This document shows, one piece after another, positions 11,505 to 25,179 of a stretch of DNA of 55,947 bases. The notes below the pieces were generated by a model, which did no database searches, was not told the origin of the DNA, and saw nothing but the letters and a program-made list of their open reading frames with translations. The stretch is taken from NCBI GenBank assembly GCA_963575745.1, contig CAUYUJ010000123.1:62001-117947 (forward strand), written 5' to 3'. The number at the start of each line of letters is the position of its first letter. Position 1 is the stretch's first letter. The DNA comes from Prorocentrum cordatum (lineage: Eukaryota). A program made the position numbers and the translations under genes.

Positions 11505-11626
11505 CGGGGAGGGGGACGGGGAGGGGGACGGGGAGAAGGAGGAGGAGGAGGAGGATGAGGAGGAGGGAGGAGGAGGAGGAGGAGGAGGAGGAGGAGGAGG
11601 AGGAGGAAGAGAAGGAGGAGGAGGAG
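11505..11626. repeat. (GGA)n-rich tract
   Basis: Directly visible. Confidence 0.9.
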
Positions 11627-12118
11627 GTCGCTGGCGGCGCTCAACCTCGACACCCGCACTGGGATCGCCGCCGCGGCAGCGCGGCGCGCGAATCTGCAGT
11701 CGCGCTCGTCTCATGATGGGGTGCGCGATGGGGATGCGAGGGCCCGGGGAGGACATCTCGAAGCCTCTCGAGCGGAGCGCGGCCAACCGAAGTGGTCACG
11801 GATGGACCGAGGAGGCAAGGATTGAAGGGGCCCTGGGACACACGAACAAATACACACAAATAACAGGATCCCCCATATCTTATCCTTTAATTTCTGGGTT
11901 TCTGTCTTCCCCCTCACTTCCGACATTTTCCCATATTTTCCTGGGAGTCGACGATTGATTGTGTCTGTGTGTTTTTGTTCCCCTCCTGATGACGGCACCC
12001 CCGACGCGCGAAGTGCAGGGCAGGACAGATCGTTGGCTGCAGAACTCACCTCGTCGGGAGCGACAAGTCCTCGAGGCCCAGACCAGTGTGATTTGAGCGG
12101 GGACCGACCGTCCCGGCG

Positions 12119-12278
12119 TTACCACGAAATGTTCTTAGAACCCAGAAATGTTCTAAGAACGAAAACCATGTTCTTAGAACATTCACCCGATGTGTTAAAC
12201 CAAGACAGTCCCAGCCAGAAATGTTCTGAGAAAATTTCGTGGAAACGACAAAAGGTTCTTAGAACATTGTTTGGTAAG
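12119..12278. mobile_element. MITE-like element with repeated GTTCTWAGAAC palindromes
   Basis: TIRs TTACCACGAAATGTTCTTAGAACC / GGTTCTTAGAACATTGTTTGGTAA; four GTTCTWAGAAC motifs. Confidence 0.65.
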
Positions 12279-13132
12279 GCTATAGGCGAGCCAGGACGCT
12301 TCGCCACTGCTTGAGTGATGGCACCAGTGCCCCAAAAACGACCCCCGACACGCGAAGTCCAGGACAGGACAGATCGTCGGCTGCAAAATTCATAGCGTCG
12401 GAGATCTGGGAGTGACAGAATCTAGGTCGGGTTTCTTGAGGAAGATTTCTTGTGGTCGGGCCTCCACTGTACCCTGTCAACTCCGTCTTTGGCGTCGACT
12501 CGCGTCGATGAACGTCTGGAAATCGAGGAGATGGCGCCGATGTAGCATCGGTGAACGCCGATAAACGCCGATGTCGCGTCGATGAGCGTCGACTTGGCGT
12601 CGAGGAGCGTCGCTTCGCAAGAGCGACATAAGGGTATGGGAGGCTCCCATGAGCTGCCACCGAAGAGAAAACGCAGCGCTTGGGGTCCCCTGAGGCCCTG
12701 GCGACTCCATTTTTTCGAGTCGGGCGTGGTCGCTACACTCCCGGGCCCCAGGACCCTCACGCAGCGCCCCGGCTCGAGAACTGATGCAGAAAGGTGGGGT
12801 CCCTGGGGCTCCGGTCGTTACTCTTGCGGCGCCGCATTCTCTTTGCCGCGTCGGATCTCCGGGGCTGCCTGCCGGCGCCCGAGCCCGACCTGCGCTGCAA
12901 GGCAGAGGAAGTGCAGGACTTGCCCGGCACGTGCCGGCGGCCGGGGCCGGCTATCGAGGGAGCATACCATGTCGTTGAACTTAGGCTGGCGACGCCAAAA
13001 CCGCGCCTGCGCGCTTCTCTAGCGAGCCCAGCTGCGCTGGCGCGCGCATATCGAGATTGGAGTACATGTGCGCAGATGCTTCAATCTCGAGGGGGGCTCA
13101 TGGTGGGACACGGCAAAGGGGACCTGACTACC

Positions 13133-13326
13133 TACCAGACCACCCCAACCCAACCCGAAGATCCGAATTTCGGGTTGGGGGGGGTAAGGGTTCCACATGT
13201 GTTTTTTCTATGTTTCGAGTCTAAATTGAGGGTAATTTTGAGGGTAAATTGAGAGCCTTCGGGTTGGGTTGGGGTAAATCGAGGGTAAATTTGAGCCTTC
13301 GGGTTGGGTTGGGGTGGTTTGGTGGG
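13133..13326. mobile_element. MITE-like element (second copy at ~39110-39260)
   Basis: TIRs ACCACCCCAACCCAACCCGAAG / CTTCGGGTTGGGTTGGGGTGGT; interior GAATTTCGGGT..GGGGGGGTAAGGGTTCCA shared by both copies. Confidence 0.75.
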
Positions 13327-13477
13327 TGGTGAGGACCACTGCCCAGTGGGGGGCCCGCTTGCTCGGCGCTGCCAGCCGCTCGCGGGCGCTGGCGCGTTTC
13401 GGAGCCGCCGGCTCCGTCGGAGTGACTGAGTATCGCTTGGCCGATCCCCATCCCCAGCGGCGTGGCCTGGGCCCCAC

Positions 13478-13628
13478 TCTCCTCCTCCTCCTCCTCCTCC
13501 TCCTCCTCCTCCTCCTCCTCCTCCTCCTCCTCCTCCTCCTCCTCCTCCTCCTCCTCCTCCTCCTCCTCCTCCTCCTCCTCCTCCTCCTCCTCCTCCTCCT
13601 CCTCCTCCTCCTCCTCCTCCCCCTCCTC
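13478..13628. repeat. Near-perfect (CCT)n, ~48 units
   Basis: Directly visible. Confidence 0.98.
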
Positions 13629-14199
13629 TCTCGGACCCCTCCCGCGCCGATTTACCCCCTAGATGGGAATAGAGGCCGTTCCCTTCGGGTTTCGAGGGGC
13701 GTATCCCCAACTGGGGTGGTGATTCGGTGGGGGTCTCGAAGGGGATGGGCATAGGGATGGGGATTGGACAAACGAGTTACTGAACGACGGGACAGCCTGA
13801 CAGCGCGGTGCCAGCCACCATAGGGAGCCCACGAAGGACGCACGCGCCCAGCCACGCACCGGAATGCGCCCCCCTCCCCCCCCCAAAATCCGCGAGGCCA
13901 GCCTTGTGTTATCCGCGCTCGCGCAAGGCATGCGCTCGACACTCCTGTCAGAACGCATGCCCGCGGGCGTGCTTTTTGCTCTTGGTCCACGGTGTCCCTA
14001 GGACTTCCAGGGATACACCCCCCGGTCTCCAGAGAAGCCCGGCACGAGGCCTTGAGTGCCCCATGGGCTCCAAGATGAAGCCAAGAGCTGGCGATACCGT
14101 GGGCCAGGGACACCTCTGGCAAACCCCGATTTGCTGAGGAGAGCATGCGAATGCGGGGGAAACGGACAAGCTAAGAGAGGATAAGAGAGGAGAGACGAG

Positions 14200-14410
14200 G
14201 AGACAGGAGAGAGGCAAGCTAGGCGCGCCCGCGCCATCTCTGACATTCTACCCCCTTCACTCATCCCTTCCCATTGCGCTGATGTTGTCTCTATCTGCGG
14301 ACGCGTGTCATAGCCGATCTGGAACTCCCCCTGAAGGCCCCATCGCGTTCTGTGCAATCGGGAAATAAGAAGCTGCGTGCAGTGGAGGAGGGAGGGAGGA
14401 GGACCAGAGC
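14200..14410 (+). repeat. Dispersed repeat (GCAAGCTAGG.GCGC.CGCGCC...ATCCCTTCC...GCGGACGCGTGTCA)
   Basis: Copies at ~17305-17560, ~18965-19010 (partial) and ~19385-19594. The last copy resumes at 29217 after LINE B. Confidence 0.8.
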
Positions 14411-14649
14411 AAACCTAAGACTCGAACCCAGGAACAATGCAAACCCAACACGAAACCCTCCTTTCCCTCCAAGTTCCATCTTCATAGGCCCTACAGAACG
14501 TTAACAAAGTGTTCCTGATATGCATCCCCTGGGGATAAGAAAGTTCGGCGTTCAGGAAATGATATAAACGTGTTCCCTGAGATCGCAGCAGAAGGATAAG
14601 GATGATGACGATCATGGTGATAAAGGTGATCCTGTATGCTGTATAGAAA

Positions 14650-14836
14650 TCCAAAGGACATCCATCAGATTCCTTAGGACATCCATAGGACCCATTAGGA
14701 AATCCATATGATTCTTCAGGACATCCAAAAGGATTCCTGAGAGAAGCCAAATCGGATTCCTCAGGAAATCAATAGGACTCTTTAGGACATCCATCGGATT
14801 CCCAAGGAACTCCATAGGAATCCTTAGGAATCCTTG
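14650..14836. repeat. Degenerate ~21-bp minisatellite (ATTCCTTAGGACATCCATAGG-like)
   Basis: Recurrent TAGGACATCC / TCCTTAGGAA motifs. Confidence 0.65.
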
Positions 14837-15229
14837 CTACTCAACATAAGACGGCAGCAACTTCGCTTCGCAACTTTACCCCGCGAAAATCAAAATCGGC
14901 CTTGCCGCCCCCCCTCCCCAACCAAATCTGTATAGGCTGGGGATATTAAACTCTCAAAGTGGAAAGGGGGAGGGATGTAATATCCGGGACAGGCCGTTAT
15001 TTTCATGGGGGGAAGGGTCCAGTTGGAAGACAACCGTTTGAGAATCCAGACCTGTGCCAAAACACCATTCCTGGGACTGCAACGCCGCGAATCACCGTTA
15101 CACTTACGCCTTGACGATCCTGAACCGTGCCAGAACACCACTCCCGGGACTTCAACACCAAGGATCGACGTGACTGTTTCGCTTTGACGTTCCGACATCA
15201 TGTCAAAACACGATTTCTGGGCCGTTCAC

Positions 15230-15575
15230 CAATGAGAACCTTTGAAACGGCTGCGAGCCTGTAAATCGAATGTGCGCGGCGAAAACCACATTTTGAAAAG
15301 GAACCGCCCTCCATCCGTGAAGCTCTTGTACACCTTAACAACAAATTTACGCGGCATTCAAGCGAGAGCTACGTTTTGAAAACGGCTCGCCCTCAATGTG
15401 TGGAGCGCTTGCAACGCTTTAAACAGAATGTGCACGGCGCTAGAGCGAGAACCACCTTTTGAAAACAGCCCGCCCTGCATCCGTAAAGCTCTTGCAAATG
15501 TTTGAAGACAATGTGCGCGGCGCTAAAGCGAGAACCACAATTTGAAAATGAACCGCCATCCGTGAAACTTTTGCG
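15230..15575. repeat. Degenerate tandem repeat (AATGTGCGCGGCG...GAGAACCAC..TTTGAAAA...CATCCGT.AA.CT)
   Basis: Three to four diverged units. Confidence 0.65.
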
Positions 15576-16241
15576 AATATTCAGTTTCAGTCGTAGGCGG
15601 TGAGGACTCCTCAGCCGAAACGCCCGGCCCGCCCTTTCGACTGGACTCGGGGTGTGACAGGGATGGAAAAAAGGGATGGAAGATAAGGATGGAGAATGGA
15701 GAAGAGGGAGGAGAAGGTGGCGACTGCGATGGAGTATTACCAGGATGAGAGAGAGAGAGAGAGAGAGAGAGAACAACAAAACAAACAATGAGGCATGAGG
15801 ACGAGAGTGAGGAGAGGACGAGGCCACACAGCAGCAGCGGGAACTGGAGCGGAAGGAGCAGGAGGAGCAGGAGGACCAGGGGGAAGGCGGAGGGGAAGAG
15901 AAGTGGTGGGGAAACCAAACGGTACCGATACCGCTACCCCCCGGACCTCTCCCGGGGTGCGTTCTGACCAGGATTCCGGGGCGAATCCGAAGGTGGCGAC
16001 GAGGGCCTCCCAGGAGGCCCCCCAAAAGGGGAAAAACAGGCGAAGGGTAGAGGTAGTTATGGGTACCTTTTCCTCCTCTGAAGGGGGGCGACAGCCACGA
16101 GGAAGAGCGCGGATCCCAGAAGAGGTGGCCCGCGCCGGGGCGCGCCGCGCCAGCCCGAGCGGCGGCGGGGGCGCAGGGCGCCGAGCCGAAGCCGAGGCAC
16201 GCGCCGCAGCGGGAAGACCACGTGGAGGGCAGGGCAGCACT

Positions 16242-16487
16242 CCCTACAGGGGGAGTTTCGACGAAAAATAAAAAATACCCCCAAAATGATCAAAAGTAGT
16301 CCAAAAATAGTCTGGGGGATTTTCGACGAAAAATAAAAAGAATACCCCAGAAAATGATCAAAAAGTAGTCCAAAAATGGTCAAGGGACTATTTCTTTTTT
16401 TAGTATTTCTTTGACCTCTTGAGGGGTATTTTTGGGGTACTTTTTTATTTTTCGTCGACAGTCCCCCTGTAGGGGGACACGCCCGAC
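16242..16487. mobile_element. MITE-like element, AT-rich interior
   Basis: TIRs CCCTACAGGGGG..TCGACGAAAAATAAAAAA / TTTTTTATTTTTCGTCGACAGTCCCCCTGTAGGG; same family as 16865-17045. Confidence 0.75.
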
Positions 16488-16864
16488 AGAAAGCCAAGAG
16501 GGCGTGGGAGGCTCCAACGGAAGTCGGGGATCTTCTGACCCGGGTCAGTCCAGACCCGGGTCAAGCGGAAACCCAAAACTGCCATGCAGGAGAAAAAAAC
16601 TGCAACGCAGATCTTCGCAAACCCGGGTCAGCCAATATGCGCGGCCGCCTCGCGGCCACGAGCGGCTCGCTAACCCGCGTCAGCCAGAGGGGGTCTTCGC
16701 AGGATCCTGCAGGATCTGGCGCCCTGGCTGACCCCCGTTTGCATTGACCCCCGTCTCAAGGCTCCCGACAGCACCCAGATGCTGGAACACCGGGCAGCAT
16801 TCGTCCTGACCTAAGGAACGATATAAATAAGGAACGAAGCCCCTTTTTTTCCAAGTAAGTTTAG

Positions 16865-17045
16865 GTCGGGCCTGTCCCCCTACAGGGGGCTTTTTCGACG
16901 AAAAATAGAGAATATCCAGAAAATACCCCACGAGGGCCAAAAAATATTTAAAAAATAGTCCCCAGACAATGTTTGGACTATGTTTGAATTATTTTTGGGG
17001 TATTGTTCATTTTCGAAATTCCCCCAGTAGGGGGACAGGCCCGAC
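16865..17045. mobile_element. MITE-like element
   Basis: Perfect 19-bp TIR GTCGGGCCTGTCCCCCTAC / GTAGGGGGACAGGCCCGAC. Confidence 0.8.
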
Positions 17046-17739
17046 TTGTAAGTCTACGAAGTCCGAAGGAACACCAGGGGGGCTTGCCGCCAAAGAGGCA
17101 GCGGAACGCATGCAAACCAAAGGAACGACCGAGCCCTTTTGAAAAGTGAGTGTTCCTTATTCAAGCCAGACCCTGCAGGACAACAGTTGAAATCCGTGTA
17201 GAAAGATCATGCGCAGAGAAGGCCGACCCTGCTCCAGACCGAGCCAGGGGACAGAGGGGAGTGGTACTCACGTCGTGCAGATGTGAGGGGGCAGGAAGAA
17301 AGGAGAGAGGGACAGGCAAGCTAGGTGCGCTCGCGCCTTTTCGGACATCCGATCCCGCCCACATCCCTTCCTGTTGCGAAGACGTCTTCTCTACCCGCGG
17401 ACGCGTGTCATAGCCGACCCAGAACTCAAACAAGGGCCCCGTCGTGCTATGCAGAGTCCGTGGACCAAAAGGGACCTGCGCACACCGGAGGGGATGGCGG
17501 AGGACGAGGACCAAGAGCGTCAGCAGGAGCTGGAGTGGAAGGAGCGGGAGAGAGAAAGAGAGAGAGAGACAGCCCATAGAGGTGTCAGGAGCGCTCCTAC
17601 ACCTCTGGCCCTGCGCCGGGCTGTGGAAGGAGCGGGACGAGCAGGATGGCCAGGGGAAGGCGGAGGGGGCGACGAGGAGGGGGGCGGCAGCGAGGAGGCA
17701 GGACTCGGGCTCTGGAAGAGAGGCCCATGCCGGAGAGAG

Positions 17740-17885
17740 GGGGCGCTCTCCTCTCAACGACAAGGACACAGCGCCGATCCGAAAGCGAGGTCCACGCTGC
17801 AGCGAGAGCGTCATGCCGAAACACTGGGGACTGTCAGATTGAGAAGACAGAAGGGACATAATCTTTGGAATCCTGTGTAACAGCA
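17740..17885 (+). repeat. Dispersed repeat (GCGCCGATCCGA.A..GAG..CCACG.TGCAGC)
   Basis: Related copies at ~19125-19325, ~29400-29535 and ~30390-30510. Confidence 0.7.
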
Positions 17886-18001
17886 GTGATGCGCGGAGAG
17901 AGCCGGCGATCTTCCAGACAGAGTCAGGGAGCAGGGGGAAGTAGTATTCAGAATGTGTAGTTGTAGAGAGGAGTGATGTGGAGCAGAACAAAAGAGAGGA
18001 A

Positions 18002-18933
<932 letters not shown>

Positions 18934-19723
18934 AGAAGAAGAAGAAGGAGGAGGAGGAGGAGAGAGGAGAGATGCAAGCTAGGTGCGCTCGCGCCATATC
19001 TGACAACCCACCCGGGATCCGAAGGAGTGGGAGGAGCCGGAGGACCAAAGGAAGGCGGAGGAGGGGAAAAGATGGGGGCGACAATGATGAAAAAGGACTC
19101 GGAACCAGAAAAGTGGTCATCGCCTGGGCGAGAGCGCCATTCTGAACGACGGCAGCAAAGCGCCGATCCGAGAATGAGACCCACGTTGCAGCAGGAACGC
19201 CATTCTGAATCACCGAAGGTAATCGGATTGCAACGCAATATTAGAACACCGAAATCATTACATCTGGTGTGTAACATAAACAATACGCGGAGGGGAGCTT
19301 GATGCAACGTTTGGAACCCTGTGTACAAAGATAAAACTCGCTGAGGAGGAGGATAACGAAGAGCATGAGGAGGAGGAGGACGAGGAGAGAGGTAAGCTTG
19401 GCGCCGTGGTGCCATATCCGACATCCTACCCCTCCCTCCCATCCCTTCCCGTTGCGTTGATTTCTTCTCTATCCGCGGACGCGTGTCAAAACCGACCTGG
19501 AATTCCCAAACCTACCCCTATCGTGTTAGCGCAATCGGAAACGGAAAAGGGGAGCTGCGTCCATAGGAGGAGGATGAGGATGAGGAGGAGAAGGTTTGGG
19601 ACCGAGACCTTTCTGGCACTCTGGAGAGAGCCAGAGCGTTCTTCATACAGAACCACTCGGACTCACCTTATACGTTGCTTAACAGATTCAGTTCTCTTTC
19701 TGTTGTGATCTAAGCCGTGCATT

Positions 19724-21485
19724 TTGCCAGAGAGCAGACACAACACGGGAAAAGAGAAGAGTTGGCATCGACGCCTACGTGCACAAAGGGGAGCTTGCAG
19801 ACTACTATTACGTGCACTGCGAGCCAGAGATATCTTAGCATCACATCATTCTGCACAAAATATGACGGGCAAAGGAGGGACACGTAGCTCAGGACCAGGA
19901 GTGCAATGGGATTGTATGCAGTGTGGACGGTACGTAACAGGGCATCACTGGCGTTGCTTGTGTGGACAGACATATGGACAGAACCAACAACAGCAGAATT
20001 GGGCTCATCATGGTTCAGTATTGCCTGGTGGTGCACATTATGGTGGTACGGGTTCAGGTCGGGCGCAGGCACGTGAGGTCAAGTCCAGAGCATCATCAAG
20101 GCCGAGGGGACCTGGGACCAATGATCATGACAACAAAAAAGCTGTAAAGAAGTATCTAGCATCCGTCATGCCAGCTTGCAAGTCAGACGCAGAGAGTTCA
20201 CCGTTCTTTGAGCCCGCTCCTATGGAGATCGAAGGCCTCAAGAAGTTCAAGGCATCAGTGAGGCAGAAGCCCCAGGGCCTTGCCACTCTGGGTATTGCTG
20301 GGCGAAGCGTCGGGAAAGATTGCCTTGACACGGTCAACGAGATTTCTGTTCTGAAATATATGCTAAGCATGATGGAGCCAGTCACCAGGCAGCTCCATGA
20401 GTTGCGCCAGAGAAAGAATGTTACCACGGACAGAATGAAAGTGCTGGAGGGAAGGCTCAGATCTACACAACTGGACATACAGCAGTGCCAAGTAAGAGTT
20501 GCAGCACATCAAAACCAGCATCGAAGAGCTTGAGGAGCTTGAGGACTCGGACACCGAGATGGCGGATACGTGCGCGGACGATCGTGGCGGTGGAGGTGGA
20601 GGCGGGGCATGTGCAGCGGCTTCGGTCGCGGCTGAGCGTCCCGCCCCCCAGAAGATCCACGCGCCGCGTGGTGAGGTTCGCGCGCATCCAGCAGGCGCAG
20701 CCCCAGAACCGACGGTCCCAGGACCGCCCAAGGCTGAGCCGCCGCCGCTCGGATCACAGCTCGAAGGCATGATGCAGATTCTGTCCAACCTCATGGCAAA
20801 GCAGAATCACACGGAGTCGGTGCTCAACAGTCTTGGGACTTTCGCGATGCAGCAGGCTACGGCGGCCAGTGTCACCAGTGCGACAGGGGCAGGAGGATCG
20901 ACGGGAGTTTTTCCTGCTGGGGGACCTGCGGCGGCGACGGCAGGGCCAGCCCCCGAGGGAGCGCAATTCAAGACGCCGCCGCACAAATCCAGGGCGGCGA
21001 ACAGTCCAGGGCCAATGAGAGCACCGCCAACACCAGTGGGGGGATGTCCAACACCAGTCGCAACTACGCCAGTGGAGCCCTCGATCAAGGCGACAATGCC
21101 CAACTTCGGACAAAATGGAGATGGCGAGATACCTTGCATGTCACAGATCTCACCGACCCAGCCGTTTCATCACATGGAGATGGAGGATCCCCATATGCCA
21201 GCGCCGGAGACATCGGTAACGGATGGCAGTACGACGGCAAGTTCGACACCTATGGGAGCCCCATATACGACAGAGCGAATCGCCGAGCAGACTCGCAAGA
21301 GGAACGAGAGGGAGGCCGCAGCGGGGGCGGTCGAGCGCCCAGTTCCAGCAACACCAGAGGGCTCGCCGAGTGGTCTCACCGACGCGATGGGAGTTGTCAA
21401 CCTCGTGAGCCAGGCCACGCAGGAGACACCCGTAGACACCGAGACGGCCAGTCCGCCGCGCAAGGAGGCAAGGACCTCCGCGTGA
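19724..21485 (+). CDS. LINE B ORF1 (Zn-ribbon plus coiled coil), one frameshift near 20495
   Basis: WDCMQC...WRCLCG RanBP2-like ribbon and the shared ORF1 block SPFFEPAPMEIEGLKKF...EISVLKY. Removing one A in CAAGTAAGAGTTG joins ORFs 19724 and 20499. First ATG is at 19862. Confidence 0.75.
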
Positions 21486-22789
21486 GGCTGGGCGCAGTGC
21501 AAGTCAGATTTTTCCGAACAGATGAGGGGCCACCAATAATTTCTTCCCCCCCCCCATGCCACTCCAAGGCGTTCCATACTGGGACCTGTTGTTTGCAGTA
21601 TTGAAATCCCAGTGGGCTCATCCAGTTCGGAGAGCAGGGCATCATCCTGCCACAGTTTAGTTTCCCTTGACGTTGCTAGCGATGATAATGTCACTTGTCA
21701 GGCTGTTGAGAATATGTCGGGTAACCACGTAGGATCCAGTCTTGATTTCTCATGAGTTTCTTGGGCATGGGGAACCCCTAAGGAGTATGTTTTTCCTCGA
21801 GCTTGCTTGCACGTGTGTATGTGGAAAAAAGTTAGAGGTTATCGTTTTGCGGTTTTTGAGTTTTCATCTAGCTAGGTCGTGCAAGTCTCCAGCTGAGACT
21901 GCGCGCGCGATCAACTCATGCGAGCCAGAGCCTTTGAAGCATTCTGGTCTGAATGTTCAAGAGGCTGGGGGTGGGCGCTATCATTGTCTGGATTTCGCAG
22001 AGGGGTGTGCTAAGAGTAGAAACACCCCTCCCTCGGAAGACAATGACTGGGTGCCTGCTCTTGGCTCTCTATGGTGAGAAGCTTTAGATGGGGCGGGATG
22101 GGCTGGAATAGGGTGGGGAGGGGGCAGTCCGACTACACAGGTCTTGAGACCCGACGCTCCTGTCTTTGTTCCGCGTGAGGCCGAAGTCAGAGGGGCTTGG
22201 CCCAATCCGTTGGCACCAGCTTGGAGAGAGGAGGCATATCCCGCTTGCGATCGTGAGCCGCCCTGTCCCTTGTGGTGTATCGCAGAAGAAACATCACTGT
22301 TTGGGTTGCTCCATGACTTCTCGCTCGATGCTTGGATTTCGATTTACCATGCCCCGACGGTGCGTGTAACCACATCGTCTGAATTAAGCAATGTTTTGGT
22401 ATATCAAGGTTCGCTTCTAGGCTTGCAGGCAGCTGTTTCGTTTCCTAATATCCAGGTCAACGCTTTTCAGTTTCTCTGGGGCTCTCGGCTGAGTTTCGAA
22501 ACCTATCTGTGTTGTCCTGGGTTCACCTATTTTCATCCTGGGCCGATACTGGCCAAATTACTCCCACGCCGTTCTATCCCCCCCCCCCGACACTTCAACC
22601 TGTCGGGGAAGAGGCGAGGCATCAGGTACAGTTCCCCCACTCCAGAGCCCTCCTCCTGGCTCGGGCACTGCTCCTCTAGTTTGCCCAATGAGTCGTTTGG
22701 AATCCCTATATTTGATCATTCAGCGACATGGCAGGCTGATCTGGACAACCGAAACCGAAGGAATACAAATACCAGAGTTGGTTCAACTT

Positions 22790-23285
22790 GCCCTGGATAT
22801 GTGTCCGACGAGACAAGCGGACTGGACAGCATTTCATTTTTTCACTGACGGGTCCGTCAAGGACTTAGACATGCAGTCTGCCACGTGGGCGGTTGTCCGA
22901 ATATCTGAGGACTCGAACGGGCTCTCTTACACTGGGCATGTGCACGGGTATCTTGCAGACACCTGCAGGACACCAATTACCGCCAACAGACCCTCGTCAA
23001 CGGACGCGGAGTATGTAGGTGTGATGTGGGCTATTATTGCCATTATTTATGAAGTTGCCACGTTTGGTACCACGACAGCGACTATCAACACAGATTCATT
23101 GAATGTGGTTACGGCATTGCGAGGTGAACGAGCACTGGATACGTCTTGCAGGCTAGCGGTCATGACAAGAGTGCTATGGGATTTAGCTGGGACAATTGCA
23201 AAGGTTTCGATTTCTCATATTAAGGGTCACGATGGACACCCTTGGAACACTTTTGCCGACAAACTGGCCCTGGGGACCTCGAGGT
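22790..23285 (+). CDS. RNase H domain, N-terminal part of LINE B ORF2
   Basis: FFTDGS...STDAEYVG...INTDSLNV...HIKGHDGHPWNTFADKLA: all four RNase HI acidic residues plus the His loop. Confidence 0.88.
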
Positions 23286-23509
23286 GACTTGGTTCCACCT
23301 AGCTTTCCTTACGAACTGCTTGAGGTCACATTGCGCTCTCGTGAAAGGGAATGGGAATGGTTGAGTCAGCTGTCTGATAGTGAGCGAGCAGCTTATCCTC
23401 CGATTTCCTCCGAAGGGTTCTGTTCCTTCCCTTGTTGTGACAAGGTCAATGTTGGCCATGTACCGGACCCCTTGGGATCCTCCAAAGTTATCAAGGCCCA
23501 GGTAAGTTG

Positions 23510-24305
23510 CTCACTCACTGTTGTTCAATATAATGTTAAAAAACTGACGCGACGTGAGTATTACGGCGCAGCGGGGCGTAAAAGGCGAGCCCGTCGAGTC
23601 ATGGCGCGATCCCAACTAGTGGAAGAGGGTGTCCACATCGCGGGGATGCAGGAAACAAGGAACCCAAAAAGGCGATCGCTCATGCAAAGGTTTTGCTATT
23701 TTCTCCTCGGGAGCTGGGCCAGGTGATGACTCAGGCTTAGGGGTGGAGCTTTGGCTCAGTCTGGACATTCCGTATGCTCAAAAATATGGTAAAGATTTTT
23801 TTTTTTCAAAGCGTCATGTTCGAATTCTGCATTCCACCCCACGGATGCTTGTTGCCTGCATTAGGGCACCTGAGCTTTGTCTCACAGTTCTGGTTGGGCA
23901 CGCCCCCCACAGTAAGCTAGACGTCGCAGTCAGAAATAGCTTTTGGGCTGATGTGGCACAACAGACAGCAGACTGGTGCCCTGATCTTTTTCTTGTTGAT
24001 GCCAATGGGCGCGTTGGTTCACAGGTTTCCGAATTTGTTTCCGATCAAGGTTTCTCGCAAAAAGAAGATAGCAACGGGGCCAGTCTGCATAACATTTGTG
24101 CGATTTCGGGGACCCATTTGTTGAATGCGCAGACCGCAGCGGCAGATGATTACACGTGCACCTGCCCTGGGGGGGAGCACCATCGTATTGTCTACATAGG
24201 GTGCTCTCAATTTTTACGAGACTATGCTAAGAGCACCGAGGTGCTACATGATTTTGACACTGGGCTGAAAGGAAAGGACCATTACCCCCTCAAGGCCAAG
24301 TTTGA
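23510..24305 (+). CDS. APE-type endonuclease domain of LINE B ORF2 (frameshift near 23665)
   Basis: VVQYNV...IAGMQETR...GHAPHS...VDANGRVG...RIVYI...DHYPL (EEP motifs; the RIDY motif reads RIVY). Confidence 0.85.
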
Positions 24306-25179
24306 ATGGCAGCAAGCCGTCAAGTATCCCCTTCTTCAGGCTAAACCCATTGACATGAGGCGGCTTAAAAATCCTGATGATGTCGCCCATTTCAAGACAC
24401 TACTGAATGCCATTCGCCAACGAGAATGGGAGCTCAATGTTTCCAGTCATGCGCTGGAGGTGCTTCAGGATATCAATGATGCTGCCAATACTGCATATGC
24501 GAAGAAGGCGCTTCGAACCAGGAGGCAGTATGTTGACGATGATTCTCTCGTTCTCATACGATTCCGACGTGGGGTGCACAAAGCGCTTCGCACCTGGCAG
24601 GGGCGTGGCTCAGAGACTTGTGAGCGTAGGTTTTCTTCTTTTGCTTTCAGGGTGGTTGCTGGGGACCTAAAACTGCTCATTGGGACATGTGACTCCAGCT
24701 GGTGGGTTTCTCAGTTGCGAAATCTTGAGCAAGCCTCGATCCAGCGCCTTCGTGCCAGGATGGGTTTTGAGCAGTATTCGCAGGCTCTTCTGGTTTTTCT
24801 CACATCCACTGAAACGGTTTTGCATCATCTTTTAGAAGCAGATCGCACACGTTTGTTGGACAAGAGTGGAGATAACATCAACACTGCCATTGATGGTGCT
24901 CAGCCTCTCTCTGAGTGGACGGCAGTCAAGAAGTTGCTTTTGTGCGGGGGGAGGCCATCGAGGCCAAAACAGGGGCCCCCACCTCTCCCAATGATCAGGA
25001 CACCGCTAGGTCAGGTTTTAAGGGAGGAAGACGACATCGCCGATCACATCCAGCAGCACTTCTCGGGCGTTGAGATGGGCAAGGCAGCACAACCACAGGC
25101 TCTGGTTGACGACTATAATCAAATGTTGCCCCTTCTCGACACAACCTTCCCTCGTGATATTACAGTTGTTCCTACCATC

